From Candidatus Altimarinota bacterium (lineage in GTDB: Bacteria > Patescibacteriota > Gracilibacteria > 1-14-2-50-48-13): a DNA stretch of 64,000 nt. The stretch lies in the NCBI GenBank assembly GCA_046314355.1, contig JBKBWQ010000001.1:256001-320000 (forward strand), in the 5' to 3' direction. Positions 21,116 to 30,899 of the stretch are shown here, one piece after another; position 1 is the first letter of the stretch, and the number at the start of each line of letters is the position of its first letter. A program made the translations under genes and the position numbers. The notes beneath the pieces were generated by a model. That model was not told the DNA's origin. It was given only the letters and a program-made list of their open reading frames with translations, and did no database searches.

Positions 21116-21190
21116 CATGAGTCTCTGCGAATGTATTGAAAAAGCCTGAAATTACTTTAGGATTTTTCTAATATTCATAGCCATTACTAT

Positions 21191-21868
21191 ATGCGTGGAA
21201 AGCTCATTGTACTTGAAGGAGGGGACAGTTCAGGCAAATCTACGCAGTTTCGCGCACTGAAGGAACGTCTTGAAAAAGAAAATATATCTTTCTATACAAC
21301 GAAGTTCCCAAGACATGATCATCCCTCTGCATATTTTGTAGATAAAATGCTCCGAGGTGAATATGGAAGTCTAGAAGAACAAAATCCCTACAGAACTTCT
21401 CTATTTTACGCACTTGATAGATTCGACGCTATGCCGGAGATCAATGATGCACTTCATGATGGGAAGTTGGTCATATTAGACCGCTATACCTCTGCAAACA
21501 TTGGACATCAGGGAAGCAAGATCCAGGATGCGGCGAAACGTTCTGCTTACATTCAATGGCTGGAGGATCTTGAATATAATATTTGCGGAATTCCAAAACC
21601 TGATAAGGTCTATTATCTTCATATGCCCACAGAGAAAGCATTAGAGCTATTGGAAAAACGAAATACAGCTTCCGCTGCACCAAAAGAAGTAGATATACAT
21701 GAACAAGATGCTAGTCATTTATATAAAACTGAGGAAGCATATCTCGAGGCTGTACGATTATTTACTAACTGGGAAATAATCGAATGTGCAGAGCACAATC
21801 GTATCAGATCAATAGAAGAGATTCATGAGGATCTTTATATACGAGTACAAAAAGACTTTCTAATATAG
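21191..21868 (+). CDS. tmk: Thymidylate kinase
   Basis: LIVLEGGDSSGKSTQ, LFYALDR, ILDRY, DIHE. Confidence 0.93.
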   Translation: MRGKLIVLEGGDSSGKSTQFRALKERLEKENISFYTTKFPRHDHPSAYFVDKMLRGEYGSLEEQNPYRTSLFYALDRFDAMPEINDALHDGKLVILDRYTSANIGHQGSKIQDAAKRSAYIQWLEDLEYNICGIPKPDKVYYLHMPTEKALELLEKRNTASAAPKEVDIHEQDASHLYKTEEAYLEAVRLFTNWEIIECAEHNRIRSIEEIHEDLYIRVQKDFLI

Positions 21869-21875
21869 AGAGTAC

Positions 21876-22490
21876 TTATTCTTTTGAACTCGAATCAATA
21901 ATAAATTTTATCGGTTTGTAAGTTTTACGATGAATATCACAGATATGAAACTTTTTTAAAGCATCTTGATGTTTTTTAGTGCCATATCCTTTATGAAGAT
22001 CAAAACTATAGTCTGGATAAAGTTTTGCATATTCCTGCATTTTTCTATCCCTGGTTACTTTTGCAATTACTGAAGCTGCAGCGATAGCCTCATATGCACT
22101 ATCACCTTTAATAATATATTTTGCAGAATAGTTAAATATAAAATTATCTTTTCCATCGATCAGTAAAAACTCTGGTATCAGATTTAAATTATCTAAAGCT
22201 CTCTTCATTGCAGTATGGGTTGCTTTTCTGATACCAATCGTATCTATTTCTTCTGCACTACATTCTCCTACACCATATGTGACATGCTTTATTAAGATTT
22301 CATAAAGATGCTCCCGTTCTTTTTCAGAGAGTTTTTTTGAATCATTTAAGCCTGGAAGTATAAAATCTCCCATAAATACAGCGGCAGCAGTTACTGGACC
22401 TGCCCAAGGACCACGACCAGCTTCATCTATTCCTACAGTAAGAACGGGGAATTGATCGATAGGAAGAAACTTATGAATTGTTTTTCTCAT
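21876..22490 (-). CDS. rnhB: Ribonuclease HII
   Basis: GIDEAGRGPWAGPV, LNDSKKL, IKGD, IAAASVIAKVTRD, HKGYGT. Confidence 0.97.
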   Translation of the reverse strand: MRKTIHKFLPIDQFPVLTVGIDEAGRGPWAGPVTAAAVFMGDFILPGLNDSKKLSEKEREHLYEILIKHVTYGVGECSAEEIDTIGIRKATHTAMKRALDNLNLIPEFLLIDGKDNFIFNYSAKYIIKGDSAYEAIAAASVIAKVTRDRKMQEYAKLYPDYSFDLHKGYGTKKHQDALKKFHICDIHRKTYKPIKFIIDSSSKE

Positions 22491-22492
22491 AT

Positions 22493-22522
22493 AAAAAAGA
22501 AGAGAGCCTATGCGGCTCTCTT
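22493..22522 (-). terminator. Terminator-like hairpin after trxA
   Basis: aagagagcc/ggctctctt stem, T-tract on the minus strand. Confidence 0.65.
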
Positions 22523-22538
22523 AAGTATTATGTAGTAG

Positions 22539-22880
22539 TTATGCAGCGTTATTATCATTTGATAGTAATCCTGACAAGATTTCTTTTAGCTCATCCTTCT
22601 GCTTCACTCCTACAAATTCTGATACTATCTTTCCATTTTTAAAGAATTTTACAGAAGGTATACTTGTAATATTATATTTATCTGCAAGGGCATCATTCTC
22701 ATCTACGTTTATTTTGACAACTTTAAGCTTACCCTCATATTCATTGGAAATATCTTCCACTATTGGACCTAGTATTCTACAAGGTCCGCACCATGCTGCC
22801 CAAAAATCTACAAGTGTCAGTACATCACTTTTTAATACTTCCTGTTCAAAGGTATCTGCTGTTGCTTCTATATGTGCCAT
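22539..22880 (-). CDS. trxA: Thioredoxin
   Basis: VDFWAAWCGPC, SIP. Confidence 0.97.
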   Translation of the reverse strand: MAHIEATADTFEQEVLKSDVLTLVDFWAAWCGPCRILGPIVEDISNEYEGKLKVVKINVDENDALADKYNITSIPSVKFFKNGKIVSEFVGVKQKDELKEILSGLLSNDNNAA

Positions 22881-22946
22881 AAATTTTTATATAAATGTAA
22901 AACGTATTCTATTGTAGAGAAAAATACTGCTTTCTGCAAGTACTGA

Positions 22947-23243
22947 CTACTTCTTTTTAGTGTCTAGCAGAGAATGTATTGAAGCTTTTAACGTAGAAAT
23001 ATACTCCTTTAGGCTTGTATTTCTTATATTACTTACCTTTTGATTCACATACTCTTTAAGTTTATGAATAACTTGGGCAACTTTCTCTTTTGAAGCTTCA
23101 TCCTTTTCATTTGCACTACAGCTTATCCATATATCAGTATATGTTATAGGTATATCTTTCGCTTTCCAAGGACGAGCCTTCTTTTTCGGTTGTTCAGGAT
23201 AACCGAACTTAATATTAGATTTTTTTGAATCCCAACGGGCCAT
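22947..23243 (-). CDS. Small basic hypothetical protein
   Basis: 98-aa ORF filling the gap; no recognisable motif. Confidence 0.55.
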   Translation of the reverse strand: MARWDSKKSNIKFGYPEQPKKKARPWKAKDIPITYTDIWISCSANEKDEASKEKVAQVIHKLKEYVNQKVSNIRNTSLKEYISTLKASIHSLLDTKKK

Positions 23244-23347
23244 GAATGTATATTTAGAATAGTTTATGCTATTGTAATTTCATTTGTCAAAGCGTCAATA
23301 CAAAATTATCATCTAAAGATTTGCAAAACACTTCTGATTTAGTATAG

Positions 23348-23421
23348 TGATTGTGGAAAAGATTTTCAATAATGATCTAAAAACCATACATAGTGGGATC
23401 ATTAAAGAGCTTTCCTTATCA
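23348..23421 (+). promoter_or_regulatory. Structured 5' leader of rpsA
   Basis: Nested stems tgat/atca, ggaaa/tttcc, taatgatc/gatcatta and cca/tgg, just downstream of a TTGCAA...TATAGT promoter. Confidence 0.5.
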
Positions 23422-23438
23422 TTTATATTGTAAACACT

Positions 23439-24638
23439 ATGTCTATTTTTATGCCTACAACAGCACAGCAGGGCTCTGTCATGGACAAGTTCCTTGAACA
23501 GACACTAACGGAAAAATGCAGATTTGAACTAGGAGACCTTGTCGAAGGTTCGATTATTGAAATCGACAAAGGAAAGATTCTAGTAGACCTCAATGGAGTA
23601 GCTACTGGTATTATTTCTGGTCGAGACATGAACGACAGTGGGAATACTAAAGAACAGCTCCAAAATGGAGATAAGGTATCTGCAATTGTTATCAGCGATG
23701 AGAACATTGACGGTCTTATCATCCTTTCACTCCGAAAGGCATCTCAGATGAAAGCTTGGGATAGATTCCAGGAGATTTATAAGAACAAAGAAACAATTAA
23801 AATTAAAGCTAGTGAAGCAAATAAAGGAGGACTCCTTCTCGATATGGATGGAATCAAGGCCTTCTTGCCAGTTTCACAGCTTGCACCGCTTCACTATCCA
23901 CGTGTGGAAGGAGCAAATTCTGAGAAGATCCTTGAGAGACTCAATAGTCTTATCGGTATCGACTTCTCAGTACGAATCATCAATATTGATGAGGAAGGAA
24001 AGAAGCTTATTCTCTCTGAGCGATCTGCTCTTGAGGAAGAGGTACAGGGAGCTCTCTCTAGCCTTAAGGTTGGACAGAAAGTTAAGGGAAAGATCAGTGG
24101 TATCGTAAGTTACGGTATCTTTGTTACTTTCAACGGACTTGAAGGACTTGTACATATTTCTGAAATCGCATGGGGACACGTAGCTAGTCCATCTCGATAC
24201 GGAAAAGTAGGAGATGAAGTAGAGATTCTTGTTATCGGAGTTGATGGAGGAAAGATTTCTCTCTCAATGAAGAGACTTAAGGATGATCCTTGGATCCAGA
24301 TTGCAAAGAAATTCAAGGTTGGAGATGTTGTAGAGGGACCTGTAACTCGTGTTACTGACTTCGGAGCATTTGTACATATTGAAAGCGATATCAATGGACT
24401 TATCCATCTCTCTGAGATTGCCCATGAAGTTGTAAAGGATGCAAATAACTTCCTTAAAGTTGGACAGAAGATTAAAGCAAAGATCATTACTCTTGATCTT
24501 GTAGAGCATAGAATTGGACTTTCTGTAAAGGAACTCCTTCCTAAGCCTGAGGGTATGGAGGAGCCAAAGAAAGAGGAAAAAGCTGAGAAGACTGAAGAGA
24601 AGAAAGAAGAAGCAGCTAGTGAAGAAAAAGCTGAGTAA
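23439..24638 (+). CDS. rpsA: 30S ribosomal protein S1 (four S1 domains)
   Basis: Repeated S1 motifs (AFLPVSQL, GLVHISEI, GLIHLSEI, RIGLSVK); Glu/Lys-rich tail. Confidence 0.93.
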   Translation: MSIFMPTTAQQGSVMDKFLEQTLTEKCRFELGDLVEGSIIEIDKGKILVDLNGVATGIISGRDMNDSGNTKEQLQNGDKVSAIVISDENIDGLIILSLRKASQMKAWDRFQEIYKNKETIKIKASEANKGGLLLDMDGIKAFLPVSQLAPLHYPRVEGANSEKILERLNSLIGIDFSVRIINIDEEGKKLILSERSALEEEVQGALSSLKVGQKVKGKISGIVSYGIFVTFNGLEGLVHISEIAWGHVASPSRYGKVGDEVEILVIGVDGGKISLSMKRLKDDPWIQIAKKFKVGDVVEGPVTRVTDFGAFVHIESDINGLIHLSEIAHEVVKDANNFLKVGQKIKAKIITLDLVEHRIGLSVKELLPKPEGMEEPKKEEKAEKTEEKKEEAASEEKAE

Positions 24639-24643
24639 TAACG

Positions 24644-24682
24644 AAAAAGAGTCTGCCGCAAAATGCGGTGGGCTCTTTTTTT
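24644..24682 (+). terminator. Intrinsic terminator after rpsA
   Basis: aaaaagagtctgccgca-aaa-tgcggtgggctctttttt. Confidence 0.9.
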
Positions 24683-24729
24683 ACACTAAATATTTGATTG
24701 CCTTATCTATACATAAACAAAATGCAGAA

Positions 24730-24781
24730 TGAGTAATAGAAAATGAGTATGATCATTGTCATACTCATTTTCTATTACTCA
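24730..24781. repeat. Perfect 23-bp inverted repeat
   Basis: tgagtaatagaaaatgagtatga-tcattg-tcatactcattttctattactca. Confidence 0.9.
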
Positions 24782-24791
24782 CAATTAAAAT

Positions 24792-27128
24792 TTAGTAGAG
24801 ATCTTTTAGGATTTGTCTGCCATAATCCTTTGTATACATTCTAGGATCATAGAGTTTAATAGTTTTCTTTGAATCAGGGCAAAGCTGTAGAGCTTTATAC
24901 AGCACTTCTCTCATGGTTTTCAATGTCATTGGAACAGTGAATTTTTCAAAAGTATTAATACGTTTCTGATCATAATACAATCCCTGAATATTTGGAAACG
25001 GCAATGAATGGAGAAGCAGCTCGTCAACTTTTGTAGTACTAGGCAATTGGAGGTAATCACTGAATTTAGCAATGAGAGCGCCATTCTCAGCATTTGAGAA
25101 CATATATTGTACTTTGTGGGTACCACCAGTCTTTCCGAAAGATACTACTGTATAATCTTGAGAGCTATTCTCAGAATAAATAGTTTCAAACATCTTATCC
25201 AACTTTGTTCCAGTATTGCAAAGTACTATAGTTTTTTTATCATTTTTAATATGTTCTTTAAAGAACATAATATCATTTTTCTCTAGGAGCTTTATCTCAT
25301 CTTCACTGAGATATTCAAAATCAATTTTTTCTTCAATTAATGAAATCACTTCATCTTTCTCAAGACAGTAGTAATTTGTAACTTGAATAAAATAGTCAAA
25401 ACTATCTAAATAAGTACTATCAATCATCGTAATGCTTCTTTTACTCAGAAAATGCTCTTTGCACTCCTCTAAGCTCTTTGGTTCACGGAATAATGTGACT
25501 TGATTGTTATAACTCTTTGCATAATAGAGATAGTTTATATCAGTTCTATCTAGAAAAGTATCCAATTGTTTCTCTATCTGCACTACATTTGTAAGAATAT
25601 TTTTCCTCACCTCTTCAGGGAAAGAAATGATTGAATCTTGTAGAGCAAGGAGACCTCTTGCGGAAAATACCTGAAGATCAGCTAATTCTTCAGAAAAATT
25701 TGCAAGTTCGCTTTGAATCATCTGTGAACGAGAGAGATGTTTGCCAATTTTCTCAAGGGAAGATGTAACAGTCAATAAAAGACTTTCGAGAATAGTTGCA
25801 TATTCCTGTGAATAAGTATTAAAAACCTGTAATCTTTCAACGCTTCTTCGGAATGACTCAATAGTAAAATAACTTCTCGATGCATCAAGAATATTAGGTT
25901 CAATACACATGGCACTCATAAGCACAATATGCTCTCTTTCTTTCAAAGTACTACTGCATATACCATGAAAATATTGATAATATGAAGTAGCCACTACTGC
26001 AAATTTATTAAGGTATTCGCAGAAATCCTTTTTAATTTGTTCGCTGTCATCTTCCTGAAGACAGTATTGAAAAAGAATATTTCTTTCCCGATGTGTAAGT
26101 TTTAAACGTGATTGAGGGATAAATGCATCAGATGAATTTAAGAAGAGAATTCGTAGTATCAAGACGCATTCAGCATCATTTAACTGATCCTTATTCCATA
26201 AGCTCTGAATTTTTTCCATAACAATAAGCTGGGAAGGCTGTTCAAGCAATAAGAGATACTCATGCCACATTTGTGTATCTGCACATTCTCTAAAATGTTC
26301 TAAATCTGAATTGCTTCCAAGAATAATAACATCTTTAAGCCCCTTATCTTTTGTAGCATGCATAAGTGCTTTTTGAGGCTGAAGAAAAGCCGGTATAGCC
26401 ACAAATTTACCCATATTCATACTTAAATTTGCTTTCAATTCAGAGAAGATTTTGAGCTTCTGAGGCTTATAGTATTGTGACGTAGTATCTTCTTCACGTA
26501 TATTTACTGAATGAACTGGTGTTGCATCTGAGATGGTCAGATCAAAGAAATGCCGTCCACCCCATTCTTGTTTACTCATCAAAAGAGCAACTTGTTCTTT
26601 ATATATTACTCCAAGCTCACTCTCATATTTTTTCTTTAAAATTTTAAAGAGCTCATAAGAAGCGAGCACATCTCCCATTGCCCGATGCTTCTCAACATGC
26701 TCTATCTGAAAATATGAAGAGAGTATCTCAAGACTATGTGATGGAATCTCAGGGTAAAGCAGAGTAGAGAAGTCGTTTGTATCAAGATAATTATCTGCTG
26801 TAAATTCAAATCCGAAGGCATTCAGAAAATTACAGTCGAACTGAATATTATGTCCAATGACAGGCATATTTTTATACTCTCCAAGAAATGTTTTGAATTC
26901 CTCTAATACTTTTTTCCTCTCAGGGGCATCACTGAGCATTTCAGCGCTAATACCAGTGAGCGTATAAATAAAATCTGACACCTCTGTACTTCCAGGAGAC
27001 ACTAGACTTTGAAAACGACGTACAATCCCATTTTCATCACAAATAATAGCACCTATATCTATGATCGTATCACCTTTCTCTGGAGAGAATCCAGTGGTTT
27101 CCAGATCAAGAACGAGAAAAGTATTCAT
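24792..27128 (-). CDS. DEDDh (DnaQ-like) 3'-5' exonuclease fused to a degenerate DinG-like helicase
   Basis: VLDLETTG, GHNIQFD and HRAMGD intact; C-terminal LPFP and DPRMYTKDYG are DinG-like; no Walker A or DEAH. Confidence 0.8.
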   Translation of the reverse strand: MNTFLVLDLETTGFSPEKGDTIIDIGAIICDENGIVRRFQSLVSPGSTEVSDFIYTLTGISAEMLSDAPERKKVLEEFKTFLGEYKNMPVIGHNIQFDCNFLNAFGFEFTADNYLDTNDFSTLLYPEIPSHSLEILSSYFQIEHVEKHRAMGDVLASYELFKILKKKYESELGVIYKEQVALLMSKQEWGGRHFFDLTISDATPVHSVNIREEDTTSQYYKPQKLKIFSELKANLSMNMGKFVAIPAFLQPQKALMHATKDKGLKDVIILGSNSDLEHFRECADTQMWHEYLLLLEQPSQLIVMEKIQSLWNKDQLNDAECVLILRILFLNSSDAFIPQSRLKLTHRERNILFQYCLQEDDSEQIKKDFCEYLNKFAVVATSYYQYFHGICSSTLKEREHIVLMSAMCIEPNILDASRSYFTIESFRRSVERLQVFNTYSQEYATILESLLLTVTSSLEKIGKHLSRSQMIQSELANFSEELADLQVFSARGLLALQDSIISFPEEVRKNILTNVVQIEKQLDTFLDRTDINYLYYAKSYNNQVTLFREPKSLEECKEHFLSKRSITMIDSTYLDSFDYFIQVTNYYCLEKDEVISLIEEKIDFEYLSEDEIKLLEKNDIMFFKEHIKNDKKTIVLCNTGTKLDKMFETIYSENSSQDYTVVSFGKTGGTHKVQYMFSNAENGALIAKFSDYLQLPSTTKVDELLLHSLPFPNIQGLYYDQKRINTFEKFTVPMTLKTMREVLYKALQLCPDSKKTIKLYDPRMYTKDYGRQILKDLY

Positions 27129-27269
27129 AGATATAAGCGGACGTTAGAAAGAAATATTGAATATTATACTGATCTTCCCCGACTTAAAGAGGATTTGCAA
27201 GGAAAAAGTAGAGAAAATATTTATATCGTGTACAATAGATTTACTTTATTTCATCTTCTGTAGAGAAAA

Positions 27270-28007
27270 ATGGAAATGCGTATAGCAAAATTTTTAGCAA
27301 ATGCGGGATTGGGAGCACGGAGGACTATGGAGACATATGTACTTGAGGGAAGAGTGAAAGTAAATGGAGAAGTATTTACAGAACTTGGAAAAAAAATTGA
27401 TTCCGAAAAAGATATAATTGAAATGGATGGAAAAAAAATTGAACTCAAATCTGAACATCTCTATATAGCTCTCAATAAACCTGCTGGCTATCTTTCTACC
27501 ACAGAGGATACTCACGGCAGAAAGACCGTCTTAGACCTGCTCTCAAGCGATCCAACTCTCCAAGGAGAAAAACTCGCCATAGTGGGGCGGTTGGATAAAG
27601 AGAGTGAAGGATTATTACTGCTTACGAATGATGGTGCTTTGGCACACAAGCTTATGCATCCAAGCTTTGAAAAGGAAAAAGAATATATCGTGCATTTTAG
27701 AGGTCATCTCTCTGATGAAGCTCTAGAGCAGCTAGAAAAGGGTGTTTATATTCCGACTGATGAGGGAACTTTTATGACCCAGCCCGTCAAAGTCTTTTCC
27801 ATAGACTACAAAAACGGCAGAACAAAGGTGCATATGATCTTGAAAAAAGGGAAGAAGAGACAAATCCGTCTGATGGGTGAAGCTGTTGGAAGTCAGGTCA
27901 CTCATCTTCAGCGAATAAGAATAGGTACACTCAAGCTAAAAAATTTACCGCTAAGTGAGTTTCGCAGACTTGATGAGAAAGAAATAGAATCATTACAATC
28001 TCTCTAA
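27270..28007 (+). CDS. RsuA/RluB-family rRNA pseudouridine synthase
   Basis: S4 domain, LNKPAGY, VGRLDKESEGLLLLTNDG, KRQIR. Confidence 0.93.
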   Translation: MEMRIAKFLANAGLGARRTMETYVLEGRVKVNGEVFTELGKKIDSEKDIIEMDGKKIELKSEHLYIALNKPAGYLSTTEDTHGRKTVLDLLSSDPTLQGEKLAIVGRLDKESEGLLLLTNDGALAHKLMHPSFEKEKEYIVHFRGHLSDEALEQLEKGVYIPTDEGTFMTQPVKVFSIDYKNGRTKVHMILKKGKKRQIRLMGEAVGSQVTHLQRIRIGTLKLKNLPLSEFRRLDEKEIESLQSL

Positions 28008-28013
28008 TATTCC

Positions 28014-28724
28014 ATGACTACTGTTCAAAAAGAATTAAATATTTATGATATTTTGTGGTTTATAGTACTGAGTGCTGTATTACTTGGTGCTTTGATGGGA
28101 GGACTTTATTTGCTTCCTGAGACAGCTAAAATATATCTACAGGAACACAGAGAGTATTTAAGTCTGCTTATATTTGCAGAACAGGCAATCCGCATACTTC
28201 CAGTGATCATTCTAGTACTTAGAAAAAAGAAAGATGACTTCTTCCAAAGTCTAGGGTTTAAAAAAGTATCATTTGAGGAGCTCATACTTTATCCTCTAGC
28301 TGCTCTGGTTATTTCTTGGGGAGTACTGCTCTTGCTGCAGCTATTGATGTATCTCTACGGTTTAGATGCGATTCCTGGACTAAGTGGTACGCAAGAGAAT
28401 ATTTTTGAAGTGTTTGGAAAAAATTCATGGAGTATCTATATCGTATTTATATCAGCAGCAGTGATTGCGCCGGTATTGGAAGAAATCACTTATAGAGGTT
28501 TCCTACAGCAGATTATCATGAAGTACAGTACTCCATTCGCGAGTACTCTCATAACTGCTGGTATCTTTTCTCTAGCACATATGCAGCTTCAAGTAGCATT
28601 ACCTCTCTTTATATTAGGGGTAATCCTATCCACTTTATATACAAAAACCCGGAGTATCTGGCCAGGTATTGTATTTCACGTATTGAACAATACTATATCA
28701 CTTCTGGCATTACTGCTGCAGTAG
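28014..28724 (+). CDS. CPBP (CAAX-protease-like) intramembrane metalloprotease
   Basis: APVLEEITYRG, FSLAH, HVLNN; multiple TM helices. Confidence 0.93.
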   Translation: MTTVQKELNIYDILWFIVLSAVLLGALMGGLYLLPETAKIYLQEHREYLSLLIFAEQAIRILPVIILVLRKKKDDFFQSLGFKKVSFEELILYPLAALVISWGVLLLLQLLMYLYGLDAIPGLSGTQENIFEVFGKNSWSIYIVFISAAVIAPVLEEITYRGFLQQIIMKYSTPFASTLITAGIFSLAHMQLQVALPLFILGVILSTLYTKTRSIWPGIVFHVLNNTISLLALLLQ

Positions 28725-29703
28725 CAATCTCTTTGGCTGCCTGTTCTTCTTTTAGTATTGTCTCCAAAATCTGCTTGGCCTCATCAGGAGAACTGATCTG
28801 AACAAGCTGATTTCGGTATGTGGAAGCTCCATGAACTCCTCTTACATAAGATGCGAGATGTTTTCTCATTTCCAGCATTCCCTTGAATCCTTTTGTTTCC
28901 CAGGCAGCATCAAGATGCGTAAAAATAGCGGGCATTTTCTCTTCAAAGGACATTTCAAGACTGCTCCATTTTTTCCCGTCATAAAGAAAATCTGCTACTT
29001 CTTTCACTAACCAAGGATTTCCAAAGGTTGCTCTACCTATCATGACACCATCAAGATTTCCTATTTTTTCCTCAGTACTCTGCCAGCTCTTAATATCTCC
29101 ATTTCCCATCACAGTAATCGGGACTGCTTTTTTTAGTTCGTAGATAGCATCCCAGTGTGCTTCTCCCTTAAATGCCTGCTTATAAGTACGTCCGTGAATC
29201 GTAATATGGTCTAATCCTGCATCTACAAGCCGCTGAACGAAGGGAATGAGCTTCGTGTCATCTTCCCAGCCAAGACGTGTTTTTACTGAAACTGGAATCC
29301 GTACTGTTGCTTTCATCCGTGAGACAATCTCGCAGGCAAGATCTATATTCTGCATAAGAGCAGATCCATGCATGGAATTCACAACTTTCTTTGCAGGACA
29401 TCCCATATTGACATCAACTGCATCGGCTCCGGCATTTTGTACATATAACGCAGCCTTTGCTAAAATCTCAGGATCCTTTCCAAAGATCTGAACCACAAGA
29501 GGGGATTCTGCCTTCTTTAATTTTAAAGCTTCTAGCACTGGCTTTGCTCCATGTGCAATGGCATCTGATGAGAGAAACTCAGTAAATACAACTGCTCGAG
29601 GCTCAATAGCTCTGACTAGGAGTCTAAATGCCTGATCTGTGTAGCCGTCCATAGGAGCGAGCGCAACCATTGGCTTTGCAAGATCCTTCCAAAAATTATT
29701 CAT
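28693..29703 (-). CDS. dusB: tRNA-dihydrouridine synthase (DusB-like)
   Basis: LAPMDG, DVNMGCP, IHGRT, GNGDI, GVMIGR. Confidence 0.92.
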   Translation of the reverse strand: MNNFWKDLAKPMVALAPMDGYTDQAFRLLVRAIEPRAVVFTEFLSSDAIAHGAKPVLEALKLKKAESPLVVQIFGKDPEILAKAALYVQNAGADAVDVNMGCPAKKVVNSMHGSALMQNIDLACEIVSRMKATVRIPVSVKTRLGWEDDTKLIPFVQRLVDAGLDHITIHGRTYKQAFKGEAHWDAIYELKKAVPITVMGNGDIKSWQSTEEKIGNLDGVMIGRATFGNPWLVKEVADFLYDGKKWSSLEMSFEEKMPAIFTHLDAAWETKGFKGMLEMRKHLASYVRGVHGASTYRNQLVQISSPDEAKQILETILKEEQAAKEIATAAVMPEVI

Positions 29704-29874
29704 AGATATTCAAAAACTGAAAAGTGATGTTAGTGTACTGAAATAATAGAAAAGTTCAAATAATATTTATTTCTCAAACTAATATATAAAATTCCAAATT
29801 ACTAAATATTGCATTCTCTCAGAATATAGAGTACAAAAAGTGCAAATAAAAATTATAAGCAAAGAGGAAACATA

Positions 29875-30333
29875 ATGCTATTACATACGCAAGTACTTGT
29901 CAGTTCAAAAGAAATGCAGGATATTTTATCGGTGATAAAAAGAAGAGCACTTCTGGATAAGAAAGAATTTATAGCAAAAGCATTGGGGTTAGTGATATTT
30001 ATCCATCAGGAATCAATTGATAAAAAAATTTTAATTCGAACTGAGGGAAATGTAATTTCTATAATCCCTTTTGATGAAGAAAGGTTTAGATCTGAAACCA
30101 GAAATGCTAAAAAAATTATAACTGTATCGATGATAGATACACAATATCAAGTTATAGAAAATGTCGCTTCTTATTATGATTGCATTTATATAATGACGCT
30201 TCTGACTATAGCTATTAGATTACTTTTGTGGGTAGACCGTGAATCATCTAATGGTGATATAATTATCGAAACAAATAAAGGAGAAACTATAGCAAATGTT
30301 TTTTTGAGAGAAATACCAGAAAAATATTTTTAA
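29875..30333 (+). CDS. Hypothetical protein with two internal ribbon-helix-helix-like repeats
   Basis: SD-like aagagga before ATG; halves ...KKEFIAKALGLVIFIHQES...ILIRTEG and ...IMTLLTIAIRLLLWVDRES...IIIETNKG align. Confidence 0.6.
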   Translation: MLLHTQVLVSSKEMQDILSVIKRRALLDKKEFIAKALGLVIFIHQESIDKKILIRTEGNVISIIPFDEERFRSETRNAKKIITVSMIDTQYQVIENVASYYDCIYIMTLLTIAIRLLLWVDRESSNGDIIIETNKGETIANVFLREIPEKYF

Positions 30334-30357
30334 ACCTAATTCAAAAAAATACATAGC

Positions 30358-30386
30358 AAGGACATACATATGTATGTCCTTCTTTT
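30358..30386 (+). terminator. Perfect 24-bp palindrome, probable terminator
   Basis: aaggacatacatatgtatgtcctt followed by ctttt. Confidence 0.7.
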
Positions 30387-30458
30387 ATCAAAACAACTTC
30401 ATGAATAAAAACTGGATTAGCATTCAGTATCAACTTTACTGGAATGATAATCTGAATT

Positions 30459-30899
30459 TTATTTTTCAATATTTATAAATCTGGATGCATTCTCTAAAGA
30501 AATTGTTATTGCTATTTCTGTAATTTTTAAATCCCTAAAAATAGGTTTAATCACCTCCGGCCACTCAATAAAAAACAATCCTTTTCTCGCCTGCAAAAGA
30601 TCTATAATTCCATATGACTCGATACTCTCGCTATCTTCGACTCTGTAGAGATCAAGATGATGTAAGTATTCTGCTTCAGCTGGAATTGTATAACTTCTCA
30701 AGAGGGCATAGGTTGGACTCTGCACATGATCCTTTACTCCTAGATACTTTGCTACAAACTGTGTAAACGTAGTCTTTCCTGCAGCGAGGTCACCTGTAAG
30801 CGTCACCACACAAAAAGGTTCTGCCTGTATTTCTTCGGCAAAACCTTTTGCAAACTGTTCTAATTCTTCAAGGGAATGAATAAGAATATTACGCTTCAT
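30459..30899 (-). CDS. tsaE: tRNA t6A biosynthesis ATPase TsaE
   Basis: LTGDLAAGKTTF, VQSPTY, HHLDLYR, IEWPE. Confidence 0.95.
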   Translation of the reverse strand: MKRNILIHSLEELEQFAKGFAEEIQAEPFCVVTLTGDLAAGKTTFTQFVAKYLGVKDHVQSPTYALLRSYTIPAEAEYLHHLDLYRVEDSESIESYGIIDLLQARKGLFFIEWPEVIKPIFRDLKITEIAITISLENASRFINIEK

